64,000 nucleotides of DNA from Lama glama (taxonomy: Eukaryota). Positions 53,911-64,000 of this stretch are shown here, piece by piece; positions within the stretch are counted from its first letter, which is position 1; every line of letters begins with the position of its first letter. A program made the translations under genes and the position numbers. The stretch covers positions 26,228,001 through 26,292,000 of the forward strand of contig CM052817.1 in NCBI GenBank assembly GCA_028534125.1. The letters are read 5' to 3'. The notes under the pieces are model-generated. The model saw only the letters and a list, made by a program, of their open reading frames with translations, was not told the DNA's origin and did no database searches.

Positions 53911-54800
53911 CCAACTTATAATAATGCATGCCCTGTAGGACATAGTATTCTGAAACTGGAATTCTAAATGCCAAATATGTAAATAAAATCTTTAAACGTT
54001 CTCAGCAAACCACCCAGCTCAGAAATGCAGACTGAGGTAGTCTGAGTAGTTGGCACATCCATATCCCTAGGTCCAAAGGAAGAACCCACTGCTCCCTTCC
54101 CTAACATGTTTCCCCCCAACTTCATCCTAATTACTACTCTTTTTAGATCCACTTAGAGATCCTATATTCCTACCAGGCCTGAATCCCTACTAGACTGAAA
54201 AAACAAAAACAAAAAACCTACTCCATGCTCCCAGAAGACTTGTATAGATATATTATAGTCTTTATCCCTTTCACATATTTAAATAATTATCCCACTCTAA
54301 TTCTTTCCAGAACAAAGTTAGACAGAAATAACAAATGATTTTCTTTCTCTTATTCATCTCTGTAAGATTGGTCCAAGCATAGTGTTTGTCATATATGTGT
54401 AATAGCATAGAAATACAATTCACTTAAATCCTAAAGGGTAGTGCAGGGTCAAATATCTGTATCTATATATATCTCCTCTTAACAACCCTGCGAGGTTGTT
54501 AACACTTACAGGCAATAAACATGAGGCTCAAAGATACTGAAGAACTTACTAAAGGTTACACTGGTAGTAAATGATATGAATGAAATTAGAGAACTGTCTC
54601 ATAAAATGCTGAATAAATGAATGAAGTTTTCCTTCCAGATGCTGTCAACGATTCTAGTTTTCTATACAATAAGTAGTTTACAAACATAATGAAGATAAAA
54701 GCCTAGATAGGAATTATCTATAAATGCACATATGGCAATGTAACTATTGCTGATTTACCAACAAGGGTTTTTTCTGTGCTAACGCATGGGAGAAGAAAAT

Positions 54801-54817
54801 ACACACACACACACACA
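54801..54817. repeat. (CA)n microsatellite; similar short tracts near 31132, 51595 and 58369
   Basis: Direct reading. Confidence 0.8.
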
Positions 54818-55099
54818 AGCCTTCAGAAAATTCTTATTTACCTAATGAGTGTCTACTAAATACACAGCATTTTATCTTGCTCAATTCCTAGGACCACCTA
54901 ATGTTTTTCCTGGAATTTGGCTGATGAGTGGTAAGTGAAGAGAACTAAGTTGAGCACAGATCTACTTGTAGGTAATTCAGAGCTCATAATATTGTTAAAC
55001 TCTTACAAATAAAATAATCTATGTATAGCAGGCTTTAATGAAATAAAAGTTTCTATAAGCAAAGCTAGGAGAACAAATGTGGAAGTATAATTTACTAAC

Positions 55100-55239
55100 C
55101 ACACAAACATCTGCCTGTTTGCATGAACAGGTCGGGCTGATTAACAACTCCAACTGAGACCGCAGTTTCTCATCATCCCCAAGAACCTGGTTAAATTTCT
55201 TCACAAAATCTTGTGCTTTCCCAGGGTCAGGCAAATTCT
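55100..55239 (-). CDS. PDS5A: PDS5A exon, 140 nt: [46 protein letters not shown]
   Basis: Overlaps ORF 55019-55234; AG acceptor, GTTAGT donor, phase 1 to 0. Confidence 0.96.
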
Positions 55240-55476
55240 CTATAAAATTAAAAAAGAATCAATATTACAAAAGAAAGACTACTCTACTAAACTAAAAGCA
55301 AGCTGTCTTAAAAAATAATTTTAAGCCATCAAAAGATAATCAGCCTATCTGGTTCTTAGAAATAAAATTAATAAGGGAAGAATTATTTTTGTCTTACTTA
55401 GTATTAAATTGATAGTTTCACCGGGTAAATTATTTGATGTTTATTATATATCTATGGAGCCAACAAACATACTCAC

Positions 55477-55525
55477 TTGCTATGGTCATCAGTTTTCCAA
55501 ACATGGCGGAACAGTTAGCCTCTGA
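55477..55525 (-). CDS. PDS5A: PDS5A exon, 49 nt: SEANCSAMFGKLMTIA(K)
   Basis: CAG / GTGAGT boundaries, phase 0 to 1. Confidence 0.95.
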
Positions 55526-55606
55526 CTGAAATTTAAAATAAAAATAAAAGAAGTCATATGTGCTAACAAATTTCTGTAAGAAAATTTATACACAGTATTG
55601 GATATT

Positions 55607-55756
55607 TTTTATTTTTAATTAATTAAATTGTTTTTGGTGGGGGAGGTAATTAGGTTTATTTATTTATTTATTCTTAGAGGAAGTACTGGGGATTGAACCC
55701 AGGACCTCATGCATGGTAATCATATGCTCTACCACTTGAGCTATACCTTTCCCACC
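55607..55756 (-). mobile_element. tRNA-derived SINE, vic-1 type
   Basis: A/B boxes in antisense; TSD tggatatt. Confidence 0.87.
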
Positions 55757-56182
55757 TGGATATTAAAAAAAAAAAAAAAAATCCATCACAATCTACCCAC
55801 TAGAACAGTGCTTACCATATCTACACCCTATGTTGATAACGAAGTATGGAGTAGCAACAACTATTAAGTTAGCCCAAATGCAGGAAAGGAGATGTCAGAA
55901 GGAAGGTATTTAAAAATTTTAAAAAGAGTATACAACTTTCCCAGGAAAATAATCTTGCCAGAAGATAATGAAAATAATTATCATATCAAAATTACTGTGC
56001 AACCATACACCAAAGAAAATAAACTAAAAATGTGAAGAGTAGAAAAATTTTCTTTCTGAATAAAGTTCTATTAGCTACTTTGTGGCCCAAATGTTAAAAT
56101 TATCACGTCCCTTCTTACTTCTCTTTCCTCCATTGCAATGAAGTTTTATTTTATTATTTAATTTGTATGAAATTTCAGTAAT

Positions 56183-56365
56183 TGGGATCTGCTGTTTTTG
56201 TTAGAAGTTTTGTTGGATCAGTCATGTCCATTTATCTGCGTACTATCTATGACTGCTTCTATACCACAAAGGCAGAGTCAAGTATTTCACCAGACAGTGT
56301 GTGGCTGGCAAAGCCTACATTTTTATTACCTGGTCGATTACAAAAAAGTTCGAAAACCCTTGTTT
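56183..56365. mobile_element. hAT-Charlie MITE, MER58A-like
   Basis: ctatctatgactgcttctataccacaaaggcagagtcaagt...ggctggcaaagcctacatttttattacctgg...aaaagttcgaaaacccttg. Confidence 0.7.
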
Positions 56366-56905
56366 TAGCATCCATGGGCACTGAGGAGTCTCTATCTATG
56401 GTTCCCTGGCTAAGAACATCTATTCTAGCAAATATATTCAGAAATATACTAAGAGATTATTCAAGTTTCTTTCCCTCATGTTCCAGAATATATTGGGCAG
56501 AATTTGTTAATTTGATTTGGCATATTTATAGGATTGATACCAATCATAACACTGACTACAGTTAAGGATCAAAAATCACAGAGCAAAAATATGTTATGAC
56601 TTCTAATGTAATTTTATCTTGAGGTTTAATTCTAATTTGAAAATTGATAAACTATGTACAAATTCCTAGTGTCTAAATGCTTGATAAACTAAAAAACACC
56701 ATTTCCTTGTTCATGCTGGAAAGTAAGATTTTGTTATACTCACATGAAATGGAAATTTAGCTTGGGTAACTACAGAAATTATGTTTAACTGACATTCAGA
56801 AAACAAAACACTTGAGATACTTTTTGCCTACTTGATTATATATAACTTCAGAAAAACTAACAATGACTGTAACAAACCATAAATTTAAACAAATCATGAA
56901 CCTAC

Positions 56906-56987
56906 CGTAGGCTGCTTGTGTAAATCCAGTAGTTCTCGTACATGACTTCTAAGCATGTTCTGACACTTCCACATTTCATTGAGAGCT
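56906..56987 (-). CDS. PDS5A: PDS5A exon, 82 nt: [27 protein letters not shown]
   Basis: CAG / GTAGGT boundaries, phase 2 to 0. Confidence 0.96.
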
Positions 56988-57724
56988 CTGTAAATAGTTA
57001 TAAACATGAAAAGAAATAACAATACTGGTAACTATTCAACCTTACTACTTATTGCACAGAGTAGATACATCATTCTACATCTACATAAAATTTTGAGCAC
57101 CAGAAAATTTATTTATTAGGATTAAGATAGTTTAGTTTGAAATAGTAAATATAAGGCTTCTTATGAGAGAAAATATTTGAGATGTTTAGAAGGATGAATA
57201 AGATCTTGTGAGGTAAATGAGGAATTGAAAGACATTCCAAGCAGAGGTAGCTGGAACGTTCTGGTATTAAAAAAAGATAAATGTCATAGAAGTGCATGGA
57301 ACATACAGGAAAGTTAAAAATATTTTTATAGACTAGGAGCACACTGTGAGTAGGAGAACATCAGGAAGCTGAAACATACTATAGAAAGGATCAGATCATC
57401 TAAGACCTTTTTATGCCAGGCTATGGGGGTATGCATGAAGGAACGTGGACCACTTCAAAAAAACAAGTTTCACAGAAATGATGCAGATTCAAGATGCCAA
57501 ATTTAAATTGAATTTGTTTATTCTAGACTCTTCTCTCCATGAAAGCAGATTTTCTTTTCTCACAAACTCTCTTCATAGTTTCAGGTGCCCAGAGGACTTC
57601 TGGGAAACAAGTTTATGTCTGAGTATTCTTTGCCAAATATTTTGAAATATAAATAGAGACCAAGACCTTAAGCCAAAGGTTTACTACCTATAGTGAACAT
57701 TAGGATCCATTTACAAATCCTTTT

Positions 57725-58312
57725 TTTTTTTAAATGATGGCTAAAGCCTCCTAATATACTGCAACAAGGATATGTTACTCTATGAAACTTCTGCTGAAAA
57801 TGCATAATCTCAATCTAATAATAAGGAAATACTGGATGAACCCAAAATGAGAGAACATTCTACAGATGCAATACTCTTCTGAAAAATGTCAAAGTCATAA
57901 AGACAAAGACTGATAATGGTTCTAAATTAAAAGAGACTAGAGACAATGACAAATATGCAATGTGTTACAAAAAGGAGAAAAAAAAATCCGTAAAGGACAT
58001 TTGGACAATTGAGGAAATTTGAATACACACTGGATTAGACAATAATACTATTGTCAATATTGTATCTCCTGATTTTGATTAGGGTACTCTAGTGATATTA
58101 GAGAACATCCTTGTTCTTAGCAAATATAAACTGAAGTGTATTAGAGACAAAGGGATCCAATGGTTCAGAAGAAAATATATATACAGAAATAAAGTATGTG
58201 CAAATGGTAAATGATAAAGCAAGTGGTCAAAAACGATGAAACGTGTTAAAGGGGATAGCATAAAGCTTTGTGTTATTCCTGCAACTTTTCCATAAATTTG
58301 AATTTATATGAA
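57725..58312 (+). mobile_element. Old L1 (L1MC/ME-like) 3'UTR fragment
   Basis: aaaaatgtcaaagtcataaagacaaagac...tattcctgcaacttttccataaatttgaa. Confidence 0.65.
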
Positions 58313-58978
58313 AATTGTAGATTTATATATATATAATTGTGAACTTATAAATGTATATATATAAATCTACACACACACACACACATACGTTATATATGTA
58401 ATGGCTGAGATTCTTATTCAAAAGAATCAGAATTCTCAATGACAGGACTGACTTACTTTTTAAAAAGCTTTATTAAAGTGCAATGTTCACACATTCTATG
58501 TGGCCTGGGGTAAAGTTTATGTTGGTTGTCTGGACAAAATTATTAATACTGCCTCCTTTCACTCTAAAAAATATCTGTTTGGACATCAATCATATAGTTA
58601 CTTTACCTTGAAGTGACCTGGATATGCACTCCTGACAAAGAACCAGGACTTAATTCTTAGGCTTAGTATGGGAGAGCTCCAATAGTGTAATCTAGATGGC
58701 AGTCAACAGGTGGCCAAAAGATAATTTTGACATAAGGACTTCACTGAATCCCTGAAACCACATTACCGGCTCAGTGGACAAATACGTCTATGAACACAGG
58801 ACTATTTTTGCCATTAACTTACCTGAATTTTTATCATAAAAATTTTCTCTATAAATATTTACCTGGGGTTCTTGATTCAACTAGAATAAGCAACAACCCT
58901 ATCAACGACAATTAGTAAGATGAAATAATTTTATAAAATCTCCAAGAAATACTCTAAATCATTTAAAAAGTAACTTAC

Positions 58979-59092
58979 TTGACAGCATTTGGATCCAAAC
59001 TAGCATATAAATAATACAAGCATTTCATTCTCTCTTCTGTTTCCAGGTTGTGGGGGACAAGATACTGAGCAAAGATTTTCTCTACCAACAGT
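58979..59092 (-). CDS. PDS5A: PDS5A exon, 114 nt: [37 protein letters not shown](K)
   Basis: AG / GTAAGT boundaries, phase 2 to 2. Confidence 0.96.
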
Positions 59093-60453
59093 CTATGAAG
59101 CAAACAAAAAACCCCAAGTAATAAAATCATTCCATTTTTAGAAGTAATAGCCATTCTGTATTTTAACCACTTTATGCAAAGTTACCATACCAACAGTTAC
59201 ACCTGTGTGTGCAAACACAGTGGAAAAGATCAGTATGTGATCAAGGCCTTTCCTTGCAAGTATGGTTATTTTTCAGCTTAGAGCTATGACTGCTATTTCT
59301 GGCTACACTTTTTAATTTGTGAGTAGGAAACATTTGTTCTAAAAGGGTTATATGTTATTCCTAAACATGGGGTGACAGGCTGTTCCATCTGTTCTTCATC
59401 AGTCTGCAGCTAAACTGAATTGCTTAACACTACATATAAGGCTATGATCTCAAGAATAGCTAATTCTCAAAAAAACAAACAAACAAAAAAAACCACCCAC
59501 CAAAAAACCCATTAATTTCCTCTAATTACACTGGCTCCTTTCCTATGTTGTCACTGAGTACAACAAAGGGGGAATCTCCCTTGAACTTCCTGAAATTTTA
59601 GCTTTTCCTATGCACATCTGATCTCCTTTCTACTTTCCAAATTCCTTACAATATTGGAATATCCTTCTTGCTAAGTTTATATTTATTTATTCAATATCAC
59701 TGGAATAAGAAAATACAAAAGCTCTTCATTAGTCAGTGAAATACATATCCAATGATGCCAAAGTAGTCTAATTCAATAAAACACTGCAAAGTATTTTGCA
59801 AAAAACCAAAATCATTACTGTAATCCAATACAGAATTGTAAGCAACATTCACAAAATGAAAACAATGTAAGTTCTCATCTCAAGAAAAAAAAAGTATTTT
59901 GTAACTAAGTATGGGGACAGATGTTAAACAGTCTTACTGTGGACATCATTTCACAATATATACAAATATAGGATCATTATGTCAATTAAAAAAAAAACAA
60001 CACAGTAACACCTCTAACGGTTCTTACAGTGTTGTAAGAAGGAAAAATAACTAGTATTAAATAGTGCTGTATTGCTAGGCAGTGGGCTAAGGGTCTTTAC
60101 GTTCATTATTTTCTTTAATCCACATAATTCTGTAAGGAAGGCTTTATTATTACTCATTTTTAGATAAAATCAAGTGCATAAAAAAACTAAAACAGTTGTG
60201 CAAGAGCTAACATACAGTAAGGGGCAGAATGAACATTTGGTCTCTAGTCTCAGTACAAATCTCATGACTATTTCACTTTTATTATGCTAACTTACAATCC
60301 TGGGTACAGTTTTATTTAAACATGATATGTGTAAACATGCAGAAAGTGATTTCTAAACTTAGAAACAAATCATTATGAAAAAAATTAAATAGGACTTATA
60401 TTTAAAAAATTAAAAGCACTTTTAAATTCATTTTACCAACATATTAGACTCAC

Positions 60454-60605
60454 TTGTCATCGATGCTATTCTGATAATATATATGCAAAAGTTTGTCCTT
60501 TATCCAGCTGACTTTCTCTGCAGCTTCCTTTCCCGCTTCGCCATGAAGACAGTATTTCTTATAAAGTTGAGCCAGACCCATCATAGCTTCTTTTCTTACT
60601 CGCCA
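60454..60605 (-). CDS. PDS5A: PDS5A exon, 152 nt: [50 protein letters not shown](K)
   Basis: AG / GTGAGT boundaries, phase 0 to 2. Confidence 0.96.
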
Positions 60606-62635
60606 CTAGAAAGTATAAAGTTTTTTTGGATGAGCTAGATAGCAAACTTCAATATACTGCAAAATTTGCCACTTCTTTCACTAGGTTGCACAATCAAATT
60701 TCTTTATGTATAAATCGGCACAATGTTTATTTTTATAAGAGGCAGACAAATTGCTGTATCAATCATTTTGAGTATGTTCCTATTTAGAAAACAGACTATT
60801 TTCTGAAAGTATCCAATGCAAATACTGCTAAATCATCTATTAATTTTTTATTTCCTTCAAAGCCAAGCAACAGTAAATAAATCTTATAGAAGATTTCATT
60901 AGATTCTGCCTAAAAAAATTTTGGTCAAGCTATAGAAGTGATTAAAAGATAAAAGAGAAAGTGTATAATTTACTTTGCAAACAAAAGCCCTATCATCTGG
61001 AATGTTTTATCCTAGTTATATCCCTTCTGATATTAACTCAGGACATGAAGAACAAAATTTAGTATCACAATCCTAGAATTACAAAGTTGGAAAGCACCTT
61101 AGTGATTATCTTAGGTGATTTTTCCTACTTTGCAGATTAAAAGGGCAAAAGATTTACCTAGTCACATCCTAGTCAGTTAAAGATTCTTTTGGACTTAAAG
61201 AGACTGGGATGATTTACTAAGAGGAAAGAAAGGTGTTGAAAGAGGGTAGACAGAAACGACGACTATAAAAATCTAGAGTTAAAACAAAGACAGTATGATG
61301 GAATAAAAACAATAACCAAAAAAAGATACTTGTCTCAATAACAAATCAATACTATCTTTGGTTTATTTAATACTTTCTTATAATTTTTTTTCTAAAATTT
61401 TCTCATTTGGGGGCTATTTAGTAGATGGTATAAAACTCTGTTCCTGTAACAGGTAACACAGATGCCTTTTGACATTTCTTACATGAAACTAAAGAATGTA
61501 AGCAGTGAAACCAAAGATTAAGTCCTGTTCCCACATTTTACAGAAAACAAGTTTTAGAAAGGCTATACTCAAGGTCATTTAATTCATTACACTAAATCCA
61601 GGTCCTAAAATGTCCAGTAGGTACTATCAGACCATATCATACAGTCTGTTATCAAGAATCAGTTACTCAACTCTTCCTAAAACTTTAAACACTGATAGAA
61701 GTAGGAGTGAAATGTTTCTAAAAGGAGGCAATAATACAAATGGCAATACCTGAAATCTGGTGTGTATACGGGGAAGGGCAGTTAACCTAACCAGTAGGGA
61801 GTGTCATTCCATTTAAATTTAAGCCAAGGGAAAAAACTCTTCAGAGATAGAATTACTGACATAGTTGAATAAGTTAAATGATGTACACTTTATCTATTTG
61901 CCTTCTGTGACTATTTTGAAAGAATTTAAAGAATACATCTTGCTGTATCTCATAACCAAGAGATACTGCATAAGTAACATGTTTAATCAGCCTGTCTTGC
62001 CTATCTGTCTGTTATTTATGGCTGAATTTGTAGTTGATACTATTCCTCAGCAACTGCTATAACTGCTAAGAACTGTTGTTCTTAGTACTACTTCTTTAGC
62101 AACCCACGCTTTTAACTGCATTCACTTGGAGGAAATCACACAAAAAGTAATAACTAAACATAAACCATCATTTCAGACCTAAGTTTAGCACAGCAATATG
62201 GAAACATCGCTTTCATAGGAAATACGATATTCTTTTAGTTCAATGAATCCAGCTAAGTTATATAAGACAGTTACTTTTGAAAATGCTAACTATAAGAAAT
62301 AAATGCAGGTGATCAATCATTATTCTTTTGAAACTCATCATGTAAGTGAAAAGATAAACTAAAACTTTAATTTAGCAGTCCTTTTTGTAAAAGTAAGCTA
62401 AAAGACAAACCCATACCTAAGATCTGAAAAGCCATAGAATCCAAATACATTCATTTGTAAAGATTATTAAAAGATATGCAGAAAACATACAAATTATTAG
62501 CTCTTTAACACTGTATTAACTTGACTTTCACACAGAAAAACGTTAAATACAATAGACTGTAATTTCTATTGTATTTTGCTAACAATGTAATTAAGCACAG
62601 TAAATTACAAAAGAATAAAATTACTCAGATTTTAC

Positions 62636-62781
62636 CCGTTTGTCCAGTGTTCTTTCCCTTACAAAGCCAAGTAGCTGATCATTTACTAAGGCAAGGTCTC
62701 TTTTGGCAGCTGTTATTATAGTAACAATGACATCATGACGAATAGCTTCTTCTGGATCATGTGATCTAACTTTCAAATATT
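62636..62781 (-). CDS. PDS5A: PDS5A exon, 146 nt: (E)[48 protein letters not shown]
   Basis: tAG acceptor, GTAAAA donor, phase 1 to 0, recognisable PDS5A peptide. Confidence 0.96.
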
Positions 62782-63039
62782 CTATAATGAAAGAAAAAAA
62801 TTAAGCTAAATGTTGGCTATAATATTTGTTATGTACAGAATGACCAAAGAAACCCAAAACAAACTAATGCTTTTAATCTTATGTCCATACTGAAACAACT
62901 GTGAAATGAGGCATAAATGAAGATTATTTTAAAGGTGGAAATACACTATCTAATCACAAAATAAACTAAATAAATCATATCACACTGTTTGTTTATTGCT
63001 TCAAAGTCACATCTTTTTTTTTCATTTGTCTCAAAGTTA

Positions 63040-63278
63040 TTTTTTTCTAATTGAGTTATAATTAGTTTACAATTTCTGGTGTACAGCACAATTTTTCAGT
63101 CATACATGAATATACATATATTCACTTTCATATTCTTTTTCACCATGAGCTACTACAAGATCTTATATATATTTCCCTGTGCTATACAGTATAAACTTGT
63201 TTATCTACTCTATATATACCTGTCAGTATCTACAAATCTCAAATTCCCAGTCTGGCCCTTCCAACCCCCCTTCCCCCA
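63040..63278 (-). mobile_element. Short L1 3' tail
   Basis: Same family as 40960-41373 (ttccctgtgctatacagtataaacttgttta). Confidence 0.8.
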
Positions 63279-63946
63279 ACATCTTAATAAATATTTTATA
63301 TCAACTATTCTGGAAAAACCAAATCACAACAAAGTTACTGATTAAGTTTAGAATTTACGTTAACAATACAAACTAAAAGATTTAAAAGAAAAATAGTAAA
63401 AATGCCTTTAGCAAATTTGCTAATAAGTATGTATCTGTATATGGCACAAAATAGTAACATTCTATGACCTCTAAAGAAAATCCCTAAATAATTACAACAA
63501 AATAAAAAAAAGTTATTTCCTCTTTTTTGGTAAAGAGCATTTTGATACTGACTGTTTGTTACTACCAAATAAGTAGGTTCAAATGCTCTGTGTTCACATG
63601 AAGAACAAGAAATTCCAGTCTAGTTCAGAAGACAATCACTTTCCTATTTACTATTAGGTTTGTTACTATATTGAATTATTACACAGATATAATGATTTGT
63701 GCCAAAATCCAATGTCATAAGAAGAGCCTACTTCCTCAAATTATGATTTCCAAAAAACTCCAAAGGATTAAAATATGAAAATTTCAAATGTAATTTTATA
63801 GTATAAACATGAAATCATTTACTAGTCTATGACAGATATAGACTTGAAATAGTGCCAGAGTTAAATCTATTCAGAAACGGAAGTCAAAGGTCACATCTGA
63901 AATATATTTGTGAGTACTCTTATTTGTAATGAACCAGGTCACTTAC

Positions 63947-64000
63947 CTGTGAGGTCTTTTGCTAAATCTGGGTGATTCATTAAACAGTGACTGGCAAATT
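63947..64000 (-). CDS. PDS5A: PDS5A coding exon (partial, runs off the window): ..FASHCLMNHPDLAKDLT(E)
   Basis: Translation matches PDS5A HEAT-repeat region; donor CAG|GTAAGT, phase 1. Confidence 0.95.

Noticed and set aside
1..64000. A novel prokaryote-style multi-gene system
   Set aside because: The window is a single intron-rich mammalian gene. The short ORFs in the track are explained by PDS5A exons, L1 remnants or chance.

Overview
Mammalian genomic DNA, most likely from a camelid (alpaca, llama or camel), judged by five vic-1-type tRNA-derived SINEs. The window holds the 3' part of PDS5A (cohesin regulator) on the minus strand. I traced 24 coding exons from 64000 down to the stop at 4351-4353, all with consistent splice phases; counting back from the last, they would be about human exons 10-33. 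A ~2.7 kb 3'UTR with several poly(A) signals follows. The introns contain L1, MIR, L2, MLT1, MER58 and Tigger remnants, some nested. No prokaryotic-type system, CRISPR array or true RNA gene is supported. Best leads: (1) in-frame cryptic exon(s) in the last intron (5461-5242/5311 and 4999-4796) that could replace the stop with an acidic C-terminal extension; (2) a last intron whose donor and acceptor both read AG|GTAA, so the protein is the same whether it is spliced or not; (3) an old intragenic duplication with a possible decayed exon copy; (4) LTR-like poly(A)-tailed inserts with L1-type target-site duplications (TSDs); (5) a GC-AG intron and a candidate intronic poly(A) truncation site. 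Repeat subfamily names and repeat boundaries are by eye and approximate.
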